A DNA stretch of 43,998 nucleotides from Planctomycetota bacterium (GCA_050186825.1 JBFWYD010000031.1:1-43998), one strand, 5' to 3'. Positions 1-8,177 are shown, counted from the stretch's first letter. A program made the numbers and translations. Notes: generated from the letters alone by a model not told the origin.

Positions 1-2
1 GA

Positions 3-42
3 CCCCGCTTGCCGGCCAAAGCAAGAGCGGGGTCGTCTCTTT
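3..42 (+). terminator. GC-rich stem-loop (ccccgcttgc ... gcaagagcgggg) followed by T-rich tract tcgtctcttt; candidate intrinsic terminator of an off-window upstream gene
   Basis: Inverted repeat with 8-nt loop read directly in the sequence, followed by a pyrimidine/T-rich run, and positioned ahead of the first credible gene. Confidence 0.3.
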
Positions 43-425
43 ACGTACGCGAACAGCTACGTGGCCGCCAGGGGCCGAAGGCCCGGCGAGTGGGCTGCGA
101 ATCTCTCCGAGCGTGGGCGCCGACAGTCGCCCTCGGATGCCGCCGCGTGTCTCGTCCCCGGCGGAGGGGACCAAGGTCCCGCGAGTGACCGACGAGCGGC
201 TGCGCAAGCTCGAGCGAACCAGTGGCGCAGGGGACCCGGAAGCAGAGGGTGCCCTGCTCCTGCAGCGACTGCGCGCGGGAGCGCGGCTGGACTGGCGCGC
301 CTGCGGCGCTGCGTGATCCCGTGGGCGCTCGGCCATGAGCACGACCGCCCAACGCGGAGGCCCCGCCCAGGCCTCTGATCCTTCACACGAGGGCTGCTAG
401 AGTCCCGCCCCCGGGGGGACCCTTC

Positions 426-2243
426 GTGAGCAACCTCACCGCGTCGATCCTGGCCAACGACCTCGAGGGGCTCACGGCCGCGCTCTCGGGGGCGAAGCCC
501 CACGAGCTGGGGAGCGCGTTCCAGATGGCCGCGCAGCGCGAGGGGACCTGTCCGCTCCTGCGCGCCCTGCTCGAGGCGGGCGTCGAGGAGCGGCAGGTCG
601 GCTACGGGCTGAGCCAGGCCTGCGAGCGCGGGCTGCAGGAGAACGTGGCCGCGATCCTCGCGGCGCGGCCCGGGATCCGGGTGGGCAACCGCAAGGGCGA
701 CGGGCCGCTCTACCAGGCCGCCCGGCGCGGCGACCTCGCGCTGGTGGAGCTGCTGCTCGGCGCGGGCGACGCGGAGCCCCTCGGCCACCTCGGCGAGGCC
801 GACCACGAGCAGGCGCCCGATGGTTGGCACCCGCTCCTGGCGGCGATCGAGGCCGGTGCGCCCGAGGTGGTCACGCGCCTGCTCGCGGCCGGCTGCGACC
901 CGAACTTCGCCACCCGCCGCCAGCGGAGCCCGCTCGACCTGGCCCGCGCGCTCGGGAACGAGGCGGTCGTGCGCGCGCTCGAGCGGGGCGGCGCGCGCCC
1001 GCTCGACCCGGCCTGGCTCGACCTCCAGGGCGCGGCCCGGAGCGGGGCCGTGGCGCGGGTGCAGGAGCTGATCCCCGCCGCGAGCGAGGAGGAGCTCGCC
1101 GAGGCGCTCTGGAGCGCGCTCCTCGGCGACCACGAGCCCGTCGTGGAAGCCCTGATCGCGCGCGGCCTGCCGCCGGAGCGGCTGACGCACGCCTTCTCCC
1201 AGGCGGTGCGGCTCTCGCGCTTCGCCGGGGCCGAGGCGCTGCTCGCCGCCGGGGCCGACCTGAACGGCCCCAACGAGCAGGGCAAGACCGCCCTCTACTG
1301 GGCGGCCGGCTTCGACGCCGCCGACGGGGTCCGCTGGCTGGCCGCGCGCGGCGCCGACCTCGAGGCCGTGGACCGCGACGGGGAGACCGCCCTGCATCGC
1401 GCCTGCGACCGTGGCTGCCGCCAGGCGGTCGAGGCCCTCCTGGCCGCCGGCGCCAACGTCAAGGCCAAGGACGCGCGCGGCAAGACGCCGGCCGCCTTCG
1501 CCAAGGACTACCCGGAGCTCAAGGCCCTGCTCAAGGCGGCGGGCGCGGCCCCGGCCTCGCCCGCCGCGGCCAAGCGCACGCTCAAGAAGAAGCTCGCCGG
1601 CCTGGCCCGCGAGGCGCATCCGCTCAAGACCTCGAGCAAGCCCGGTCCGCCCCGCGGCTCGCGCGTGGGCGGCCTCCCCTTCCTGCCCGCGGACGACCCC
1701 TGGCCGGTGTGCGCGACCTGCGCGCGCCCGCTGACCTTCTTCCTCCAGCTCGACCTCGACGACCTCCCGCTCCAGTTCGACGCGACCGGGCTGCTGCAGC
1801 TCTTCCGCTGCAGCGGCTGCGCTCCCGCCGCGCCTGCGGCCAAGGAGCAGCTCCTGCGCCGGCTGAGCGCGAGCGAGGGGGAGCGGCGCGCGGCGCCCGA
1901 AGGGACCAAGGTCCTCCCGCTCCGCACGATCACCGGCGCCAAGAAGCCCAAGCCCGACCTCCCCCGCCGCCCCGAGGACCACGACCAGCCTGTCCTCGGC
2001 CTCGAGCTCGACGTGCACGCCGAGCTCTGCCTCGCAGGCGACAAGCTCGGCGGCTGGCCGCACTGGATCCAGGACGCCTCCTGGCCCCTGGCCCCGCTGA
2101 GCCAGGCCCGCTGCGACCGCCTCCTCCTCCAGCTCGACACCGGCGGCGCGCTCGGCGACGAGCTGGGCGACGGCGGGATCGGCTTCCTGCTCTCCGCCGC
2201 GGCGGCGCCGGAGGAGGTCGTGTTCGTGTGGCAGTGCCTGTGA
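426..2243 (+). CDS. ankyrin-repeat protein with C-terminal DUF1963 (YwqG-like) domain
   Basis: 605-aa ORF with GTG start. The N-terminal ~370 aa carry repeated ankyrin signatures (G.TPL..A...G....V..LL..GAD.N). The C-terminal ~230 aa carry DUF1963-like motifs (GGLPFLP..DPWP.C..C..PLTFFLQLDLDDLP ... LLQLFRC..C ... KLGGWPHWIQD ... GDGGIGFLL). The protein-like composition contrasts with a junk antisense ORF. Confidence 0.8.
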   Translation: MSNLTASILANDLEGLTAALSGAKPHELGSAFQMAAQREGTCPLLRALLEAGVEERQVGYGLSQACERGLQENVAAILAARPGIRVGNRKGDGPLYQAARRGDLALVELLLGAGDAEPLGHLGEADHEQAPDGWHPLLAAIEAGAPEVVTRLLAAGCDPNFATRRQRSPLDLARALGNEAVVRALERGGARPLDPAWLDLQGAARSGAVARVQELIPAASEEELAEALWSALLGDHEPVVEALIARGLPPERLTHAFSQAVRLSRFAGAEALLAAGADLNGPNEQGKTALYWAAGFDAADGVRWLAARGADLEAVDRDGETALHRACDRGCRQAVEALLAAGANVKAKDARGKTPAAFAKDYPELKALLKAAGAAPASPAAAKRTLKKKLAGLAREAHPLKTSSKPGPPRGSRVGGLPFLPADDPWPVCATCARPLTFFLQLDLDDLPLQFDATGLLQLFRCSGCAPAAPAAKEQLLRRLSASEGERRAAPEGTKVLPLRTITGAKKPKPDLPRRPEDHDQPVLGLELDVHAELCLAGDKLGGWPHWIQDASWPLAPLSQARCDRLLLQLDTGGALGDELGDGGIGFLLSAAAAPEEVVFVWQCL

Positions 2244-2525
2244 GGGAGGGCACCTCCCTGCGCGAGCTCGAGCGACGCTGCGCCTCGGGCGCCGCGGAGG
2301 ACCGAGGCTGCCTTCCATGCGGAGCGGGTCCGCCTCGGAGTCCTCGCCGGAGCGGCTCGAGCTCGCGGCCTTCCTGGGCCCCCAGCGGCTCGGCGAGCGT
2401 TCGGCGGCGATCCGATGGCGCTGCGCCGGGAGACGGCCCAGGCCTCGATCCGAGTCGGCGCTTCGATCGGGAAGGAGCTGCTGGGGGCTCTGCCGCGGTC
2501 CTGACGACTCGGGGAGTGGCTTCGC

Positions 2526-2855
2526 CTACGCTCCGAGCAGTTCGGTCGCCTCTGCGTCGCTCAGCTCCTCAGCCGATTTTTCGAGGAGCAGCGCCGCGAG
2601 TTGCATCGGCTGGACCGTGACCCCGGAGCGCTCGCGAACACCGGCGGCGAGATGCTCGAGGCGCTCGAGCGTGCGCGGAGCGAGGGGCACGAGCCGTCGC
2701 TCCGTCCAGCTTGGATCGGTCGCCCTCCCCCCGCCCGCGGGGACCCGAAACCGCGCCTCGATCGCTGCGCTGAGCTCCAAGGCACCGAAGTAGCCGCCGG
2801 TGGAGGTGACCTTTCCGCGTCGCTTCGCGCCGAGGCCCTTGGCGATCTTGTTCAT
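2526..2855 (-). CDS. hypothetical small protein (109 aa)
   Basis: ATG at 2855-2853 preceded by a locally AT-richer stretch (caatatagatcg). The balanced composition (MNKIAKGLGAKRRGKVTSTGGYFGALELSAAIEARF...) contrasts with Arg/Gly/Pro-rich junk in the other frames. It is the only believable part of the 535-aa tracker ORF 2526..4133. Confidence 0.4.
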   Translation of the reverse strand: MNKIAKGLGAKRRGKVTSTGGYFGALELSAAIEARFRVPAGGGRATDPSWTERRLVPLAPRTLERLEHLAAGVRERSGVTVQPMQLAALLLEKSAEELSDAEATELLGA

Positions 2856-2983
2856 GCGCTTGGCCACGCCGATCAATATAGATCGCGCGCCGACCGCTGC
2901 CCAGGGCGAGGGCTCACTCTGCAACCCATCACCCCAAGTCGCTAGGCTCGGGCGCGCGAGCGAGGAGCGTCGGCCTGAGCCTC

Positions 2984-3295
2984 TTGTTCGAGATCGTCTA
3001 CTGGCTGTTCGTCCCCTTCGCGGGGGTGGCCCTGTTCGGGGCGCTGTTCGCGGCGAGCTGGCTCCAGGAGCGGATCGGTCCCCGCCCGACCCGGGCGCTC
3101 GTGCTCCTGACCGGACTGGGGATCCTGACCACGGGCTGCCTGCTCTCCGGCCGTCCCGGCGAGCTCGGCCTCGGCGGCTACGGGGTGCTCCTGGCGGGGA
3201 ACATCCTCGGGATCGTCCTGGTCGGCCTGGCCGTGGTCCGCTCCGACCACTCCCTGCCCGACCCGCCGGAGCGAAAGGGCCCCCCCCGGGCGTGA
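2984..3295 (+). CDS. small integral membrane protein (3 predicted TM helices)
   Basis: 103 aa with a TTG start. It has three strongly hydrophobic segments (IVYWLFVPFAGVALFGALFAASWL; ALVLLTGLGILTTGCLL; GVLLAGNILGIVLVGLAVV) separated by charged loops, typical of a real small membrane protein. Confidence 0.4.
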   Translation: MFEIVYWLFVPFAGVALFGALFAASWLQERIGPRPTRALVLLTGLGILTTGCLLSGRPGELGLGGYGVLLAGNILGIVLVGLAVVRSDHSLPDPPERKGPPRA

Positions 3296-3341
3296 GGGCA
3301 GGGCTGGTCCGGTGTCCTAGCGGCAGGCGGCGAGGCAGCGC

Positions 3342-4111
3342 GTGACCGAGTCGAGCCCCCCGGCCCCCGAAGGCGTGGACTGGTTCCAGCCCGCCCGGAT
3401 CACCCCGCGGATCTTCCAGAACGGCTACATCACGGCGCGCCAGGGCGAGCGGCTGCTCGGGCTCGGCGTCACGCACCTGCTCAACCTCGACCTGCCCTAC
3501 GGCACGAGCGGGATCGTGATGCCGGCAGGGCTCACGGTGTGGGAGCTCCTGCTCCACGACATGGCGCCCATGTCGCCAGATGACGCTCGGCGAGTGGTCG
3601 CGCTCTTCCAGCGCGCCCTCGATCTCGAGCAGGGGCGGATCTACGTCCACTGCAACGCGGGCCTGAGCCGCTCGCCCACGGCCGTATGGCTCTACCTCGT
3701 CGCGGCTGGCTGGGAGCCGGACGAGGCCCGTCGCACCATCGGCGCCGCGGCCAAGCACCTCGACGCGCCCGACCCGATCCTGGTGGACCGACTCGACCTC
3801 GACGACCTGCGCGCCTGGCCCGAACCCCGCGCTGGGAGCTGTGGCGGCAGGGGGCGGGCACCTACCCGAACGCGCTGGCGGCCTTCGGGCGCGCAGCGCC
3901 CGGGGGCCGCCAGCTCGACGCAAGCGGTGTGGCCGAGCGCAGCTCGGCCTCCGCGCCAGCGAACCTGCTCGAGGTCTGCGAGGACGAGGGGACCGCGCGA
4001 GCGGCCCTGGAACGGCTCGAGGCGAAGCAGCGCGAGTACGAGGCGCGGGGCTTCCCGCATCGTGTCCGCTTCTGGGTCGAAGCCTCGCGACCGCCCAAGG
4101 AGACGACATGA
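3342..4111 (+). CDS. dual-specificity (Cys-based, CX5R) protein phosphatase. The reading frame switches from frame 0 to frame +2 near 3826-3845, and the C-terminal ~90 aa end at TGA 4109-4111 (frameshift, authentic or a sequencing error)
   Basis: The N-terminal 165 aa contain the DUSP/PTP P-loop VHCNAGLSRSPT (HCxxGxxRS/T) in a DUSP-like context. Frame 0 then runs stop-free as Arg/Pro junk to 4937. A protein-like sequence (WELWRQGAGTYPNALAAFG...LERLEAKQREYEARGFPHRVRFWVEASRPPKETT) resumes in frame +2 and ends exactly at an ATGA overlap with the next gene. Confidence 0.55.
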
Positions 4112-4791
4112 GGGTCCTGGCCATTGGCGACATCCACGGCTGCTCCGCCGCCCTCGACGCCCTGCTCGAGGCGGTCCAGCCCGGCCCCGACGACCAGGTG
4201 ATCCCGCTCGGCGACTACGTGGACCGCGGGCCCGACAGCAAGGGCGTGATCGAGCGCCTGATCGCGCTCCAGGGCGCCACGAACCTGATCCCCCTGCTCG
4301 GCAACCACGACCAGATGATGCTCGACGCCCGGAGCGGCGACGCCGACAAGCTCTGGTGGATCGACGACTACGGGCGCAAGACCCTGGCCTCCTACGCGAC
4401 GCCCTTCGAGCGCGGCTCGCTCGAGACCGTGCCGCCCGAGCACTGGACCTTCCTCGCGGGCTGCCGCGACCTCCTCGAGACCGACACCCACGTGTTCGTC
4501 CACGCCAACCTCTACCCCGACCTCGAGCTCGCCGACCAGCCCGTGTTCATGACCCGCTGGGAGTCCCTGAGCGCGGACCTCTCCGCGGCGCACTGCTCGG
4601 GCAAGACCATGGTCTGCGGACACACCAGCCAGAAGTCGGGCCGGCCCCTCGACCTCGGCCACGCGGTGTGCATAGACACCTACGCCCACGGCGGCGGCTG
4701 GCTCTCCTGCCTCGACGCCTCCAGCGGTCGGCTGTGGCAGGCGAGCCAGGCGGGCGAGCTCTGGACGGGTTGGCTGCACGAGCGCTGCTGA
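4108..4791 (+). CDS. PPP-family Ser/Thr metallophosphatase (bacterial ApaH/PrpA-like calcineurin-fold phosphoesterase)
   Basis: 227 aa starting MRVLAIGDIHGC. It carries GDYVDRG and GNHD(Q) motifs plus downstream His residues (VHANLYPD, GHTS) in canonical PPP motif order. An AAGGAG RBS lies 6 nt upstream of the ATG, and the ATG overlaps the upstream TGA (ATGA). Confidence 0.85.
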   Translation: MRVLAIGDIHGCSAALDALLEAVQPGPDDQVIPLGDYVDRGPDSKGVIERLIALQGATNLIPLLGNHDQMMLDARSGDADKLWWIDDYGRKTLASYATPFERGSLETVPPEHWTFLAGCRDLLETDTHVFVHANLYPDLELADQPVFMTRWESLSADLSAAHCSGKTMVCGHTSQKSGRPLDLGHAVCIDTYAHGGGWLSCLDASSGRLWQASQAGELWTGWLHERC

Positions 4792-5120
4792 GCGCCTCTG
4801 CCTACCCGTCGAAGTTCCAGTCGGCAGGCAGCTCTCGAGCTCGACCGCTGCGTAGGTCCCCGAGCGCAGCTGAGCCAGGGCGGCGCGGAAACGCCCCCAC
4901 CCGTCAGCCGCGACCCAGATCGTCGTCTCTCCGTTGAAGCCGCCCAACCGCGCCTCGGCGCGCAGGCGCAGGTCGCCAGCGCTCGGGGTCCCGTCGGGAC
5001 CAGCTTCGAGCGGCTCCAGCACGAGCTCGGCGTCGGGCCCAGATGGATGCAGGGGAGGTGGAAGCGAGCGGGTCACCGCCTGAGCCTAGCGTGAGCCACG
5101 GCGGTCGAGCTCGCAGCCCC

Positions 5121-5156
5121 TCCAAACGACAACGGCCGGCCCCGAGGGACCGGCCG
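5121..5156 (-). terminator. intrinsic terminator-like hairpin (cggccggtccc tc ggggccggccg, about 11-bp stem) followed on the minus strand by TTGTCGTTTGG
   Basis: Lies ~35 nt downstream (minus strand) of the serine recombinase stop codon. It is a GC-rich stem with a short loop followed by a T-rich tract, a rare feature in this GC-rich genome. Confidence 0.45.
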
Positions 5157-5188
5157 CTGCCGCGAGATCGAACGAAACCCAGAGTTCC

Positions 5189-6241
5189 TTAGCCGACCGA
5201 GGACGCCGCGAGGCTCTGGTGGCGCGAGCGGGTGTCGCGCGCCTTGGCCGCGGGCTGCTCGACCGGGGCCGGCTTGGCCGGGGCCGGCTTGGCGGGCGGC
5301 TCCGTGGCCGCCGGCTGCTGGTCCTCGGCCTCGCCGGTCGCGGCCTCGAGCTCGAGGTCCTCGAGCTCGTCCTCGTCGTCGTCGCCCTTCTTCCCGCCCT
5401 CGCGGCTGCGCTTGTTGTTCGCCTTGATCAGCTGCTGGGCCTTGTTGAAGGTGATCGGGGCCACGATCGGCTCGTGGCGCCCCTTGACGTGGATGTCCCC
5501 GAAGTGGACGCGGCCGATGTAGGTGTCGTTCTTGAGGATCCAGGAGACCCCCGCCCGCGACCACTGCTTGCTCCGCCGCGTCCTGAGGCCCTGCTCGTCG
5601 AGGAGCTTGATCAGCCGCTTCATGCTGCGCAGGCGCAGGTACTCGCGAAAGATCAGCTTGACGACCTCGGCCTCCACCTCGTCCGGCACCAACATCACGC
5701 CCTCGCTCGAGCGCTTGTCGTAGTCGCGCCGGTAGCCGTAGGGAGCGGGGCCGCTCTGGTGCTTGCCCTGGCGGGCCCCCTCCTCGCGACCCTTCAGCAG
5801 GCGCTGCGCGATCTCGCGCTTGCGCTCCACCTCGTCGCTCTTGCGCGCCGCGACCTTCTTCGGCTGGCGCGCCTTGTAGTCCTCGACGATCGCCCGGAGC
5901 TGGCGGGCCGTGTCGTCGTTGGCGACGAGCACCCGCTTCCCGGCGTTCCGCAGCTCCTCGACGGGGTCGAAGGTGAGCGTGCTGCACAGCCCGCGGAGGC
6001 GGCAGCCGGAGACGATCAAGACCGCCTCCCAGTCGCTCTCCTCCATGTCGTCCAGGATGTTGACGAGCCCTGCGCGGGTGTCCTGGGTGGGGGTCAACCC
6101 GTGGTCGGTGTGGACCTTCTCCAGCGCGAGCCCGGTGTGGGAGGCGAAGGCCTCCAGTCTTCGAGTCTGCTCCTCGAGCGAGGGGAAGCCCCCTTCCTCC
6201 TGCTCGAGGTAGCTGACTCGGGCGTAGGCGACGACCTTCAC
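5189..6241 (-). CDS. serine recombinase. It has a resolvase/invertase-type catalytic domain plus a large-serine-recombinase 'recombinase' domain, lacks the zinc-ribbon/coiled-coil tail, and ends in a Lys/Pro/Ala/Asp-Glu-rich C-terminus
   Basis: The N-terminus MKVVAYARVSYLEQ matches the YxRVS(T)xxQ catalytic serine motif, and the downstream R..L.......D.L.V...RL.R block is present (TRAGLVNILDDMEESDWEAVLIVSGCRLRG). The recombinase-domain signatures APYGYRRD and ILKNDTYIGR follow. The protein is 350 aa with an acidic/KPAPA tail. The GTG start lies 7 nt after the MamK-like gene's stop. Confidence 0.8.
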   Translation of the reverse strand: MKVVAYARVSYLEQEEGGFPSLEEQTRRLEAFASHTGLALEKVHTDHGLTPTQDTRAGLVNILDDMEESDWEAVLIVSGCRLRGLCSTLTFDPVEELRNAGKRVLVANDDTARQLRAIVEDYKARQPKKVAARKSDEVERKREIAQRLLKGREEGARQGKHQSGPAPYGYRRDYDKRSSEGVMLVPDEVEAEVVKLIFREYLRLRSMKRLIKLLDEQGLRTRRSKQWSRAGVSWILKNDTYIGRVHFGDIHVKGRHEPIVAPITFNKAQQLIKANNKRSREGGKKGDDDEDELEDLELEAATGEAEDQQPAATEPPAKPAPAKPAPVEQPAAKARDTRSRHQSLAASSVG

Positions 6242-6248
6242 CGGTCGG

Positions 6249-7337
6249 TTAGCGCAGCTGCTCCCAGGCCTCGACCGGCATGTCGTAGGCGATCTTGAGC
6301 GCCCCGTTCGCGCCGGCGTAGACGGGCTCCTGCACCGGACGGACCTTGCCGCCGCCGTAGCCCTGGAGCGCCTCCTCGAGCGCGCGGTCGAGGCCGTGGA
6401 TGCGGCTGCCGCCGCCGGCCAGGATCACGTTGTTGCGCAGGCGGTCCTGGAACTCGGGGTCGAAGGTCGAGATCAGGCGGTCGACGGCCTCGACGATCGG
6501 CTCGACGATCCGGCTGCAGCCCTTGCGGACCTCGGCGGTCACGTCGAAGGCCTTGGGGCGGCCGCGCACGGGGAAGGTGACCATCACGGGCTCGGCGGCC
6601 TCGGTCACGAAGGCGTGCTTCTCCTTGATCTCGCGCACCATGTTGATGTTGAAGCTGGCGTCGGGGCAGCGGCCCTTGAACAGCTCGAACAGCTGGTGGT
6701 CGATGAAGTCGCCGGCCTGGGTCAGCGTGACCTGGTCGTCCTCGTCGGGCATCGAGCCCTTCATCCGGCAGAGGTCGGTGGTCCCGGCGCCGATGTCGAT
6801 CACCAGGCAGTCGTGGAGCCGGTCCATCCCGTAGGCGACCGAGAAGGGCTCGCTGCAGATCACCACCGAGTCGAGCACCTCACGGGCGGCCTCGATGATC
6901 GACTGCTTGTTGTGGATCGAGGCCTGCGCGGGGCAGCCGATCACGCCGTAGACGAGCTGGCCGGGCTTGGGGCGGGCCAGGCTGACCGCGTGCTGGATCA
7001 GGGCGCGCGCGGCCTCGAGGTTGGCGCTCACGTCCTCGCTCGGGGCGCCGGTCGAGTCGGAGTGCTTGATCACGCCCTTCTCGAGCGGGCGGTAGAGGTC
7101 GAGGGCCAGGCGGTGCGCCATGGCGTCGTCCCCGAACAGCACGTCGCGCTGGAGCAGCTTGCGCGAGACCACGTCGCGCGGGTAGCCGACGATGCTGCTG
7201 ACCGTCTCCCGCACGCCGTTGCTGGCCGAGATCGAGGTCCGCGAGGTGCCGAGGTCGATGCCGACGTAGAGGATCGAGTCGCTCTCGCCCTTCCGGTAGT
7301 TCAGGCGGTCCTGCGCCGCGCTCTTCTGCTTCTCCAT
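6249..7337 (-). CDS. actin-fold ATPase, MamK-like (MreB/ParM/MamK superfamily)
   Basis: Actin-fold signature motifs appear in order: phosphate-1 VGIDLGTSRTSI, connect-1 GVIGCPAQAS, phosphate-2 LVIDIGAGTTDLC, and adenosine/connect-2 ILAGGGSRIHGLDRALEEAL. Local blocks (IVGYPRD, CSEPFSVAYGMDRL, DEDDQVTLTQAGDFIDHQL) resemble MamK more than MreB or ParM, as far as I can recall. The start is ATG 7337-7335 (M27 of the tracker ORF) with a GGGGGAAG RBS 6 nt upstream. Confidence 0.85.
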   Translation of the reverse strand: MEKQKSAAQDRLNYRKGESDSILYVGIDLGTSRTSISASNGVRETVSSIVGYPRDVVSRKLLQRDVLFGDDAMAHRLALDLYRPLEKGVIKHSDSTGAPSEDVSANLEAARALIQHAVSLARPKPGQLVYGVIGCPAQASIHNKQSIIEAAREVLDSVVICSEPFSVAYGMDRLHDCLVIDIGAGTTDLCRMKGSMPDEDDQVTLTQAGDFIDHQLFELFKGRCPDASFNINMVREIKEKHAFVTEAAEPVMVTFPVRGRPKAFDVTAEVRKGCSRIVEPIVEAVDRLISTFDPEFQDRLRNNVILAGGGSRIHGLDRALEEALQGYGGGKVRPVQEPVYAGANGALKIAYDMPVEAWEQLR

Positions 7338-7392
7338 GATGTCTTCCCCCTGGGTGTTCAGCTCTGTTGGGTTCGTCGTCGTCTCGTGCGGC

Positions 7393-8166
7393 CTACGCCC
7401 GACGGCGGAGGCCAAGGTTCTGGTCGATCAGTCCGTTGAGCAGGCCACCCCCCCGGCGGCGCGCTCCCGAATTCGTTCCCAGCCCGCTGGCGGCGGGCGG
7501 CGGCGGCGGCGGCTCAGGGACCGCCGCTGGCGCGGGCGGCGGCTCCGCCCCGCGCGGCTCGGCCGCGTGGGTCCGCCCCGCCGCGGTCGACTGGCCCGGG
7601 TTGCGGAGCTCCACGTTGGCCCGCACCAGGCCCGCCAGGAGGCCCCCGCCGCCGCGCGGCATGGGCCGCGTCGTGTGTCCCGCGCCCTGGCTGGGCGCGC
7701 CCAGGCCCGCGGGCCGGCTCGGCGCCGCAGCCAGCGGCGTCGCGGCGACCGGCGCAGCGGCGACCGGCCCGTGCCCGAGCGGCGCGGCGACCGGCCCGTG
7801 CCCGAGCGGCGCGGCGACCGGCCCGTGCCCGAGCGGCCCGGCGACCGGCGCCGCGGCGGCGCGCTCGAGCCGCGCGGCGGCGCGCTCGAGCCTGGCCGCG
7901 ACCGCGGCCAGGCCCTCGCGCTCGCTGGCGCGCTCGGCCAGGCGCGCCTGCGCCTCGGCCAGCCGCTGGGCCAGCGCGTCGCGCTCGGCGCGCAGCCGGT
8001 CCAGCTCCGCCTGCGTCGGGCCCCCGCGGAGCTCGGCGCGCAGGCGCGCCACCTCCTCGCGCAGCCGGTTCCGCTCCTCCGAGAGGCGGGCGATGATCTC
8101 CACCGCGGCCCGCGGCAAGTCGCGGGTGCGGGAGAGGATCGCGGGGCTGCGCTCGAGGGTGGCCAC
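7393..8166 (-). CDS. coiled-coil plus Ala/Pro-rich repeat protein (candidate filament-associated adaptor)
   Basis: A GTG start follows a GGAG that overlaps the upstream stop (TGAGGAGCGAACACGTG). The N-terminal ~110 aa form a heptad-like coiled coil (ERNRLREEVARLRAELR...LAEAQARLAERASEREGLAAVAARLERAAARLERAAA). Then come three tandem GHGPVAAPL repeats, an Ala/Pro linker, and two copies of a GGGLL.GL...N..LR motif. Only the 3' ~775 nt of the 509-aa tracker ORF look protein-like. Confidence 0.5.
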   Translation of the reverse strand: MATLERSPAILSRTRDLPRAAVEIIARLSEERNRLREEVARLRAELRGGPTQAELDRLRAERDALAQRLAEAQARLAERASEREGLAAVAARLERAAARLERAAAAPVAGPLGHGPVAAPLGHGPVAAPLGHGPVAAAPVAATPLAAAPSRPAGLGAPSQGAGHTTRPMPRGGGGLLAGLVRANVELRNPGQSTAAGRTHAAEPRGAEPPPAPAAVPEPPPPPPAASGLGTNSGARRRGGGLLNGLIDQNLGLRRRA

Positions 8167-8177
8167 GTGTTCGCTCC

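Noticed and set aside
113-316. 67-aa plus-strand ORF (and overlapping 61..378) upstream of the ankyrin gene
   Set aside because: Weakly protein-like, but it has no RBS and no recognisable domain and it overlaps another equally plausible frame. Could not be supported.
57-2318. 753-aa minus-strand ORF antisense to the ankyrin/DUF1963 gene
   Set aside because: Extreme Arg/Gly/Ala/Pro composition with no motifs. It is a typical stop-free antisense frame of GC-rich coding DNA. The plus-strand gene has clear ankyrin and DUF1963 signatures.
3841-4107. N-terminal 89 codons of the tracker's 316-aa ORF preceding MRVLAIGDIHG
   Set aside because: Arg/Gly-rich junk that overlaps the upstream gene in another frame. 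The true start is the ATG at 4108, which has an AAGGAG RBS and an ATGA overlap.
3862-5076. 404-aa minus-strand ORF whose first ~95 codons (4794-5076) look protein-like (ETTIWVAADGWGRFRAALAQLRSGTYAAVELESCL...)
   Set aside because: There is no in-frame stop until it has run antisense through the entire, well-supported PPP phosphatase gene. The 4794-5076 part might be a remnant of a degraded gene, but it cannot be called as a CDS.
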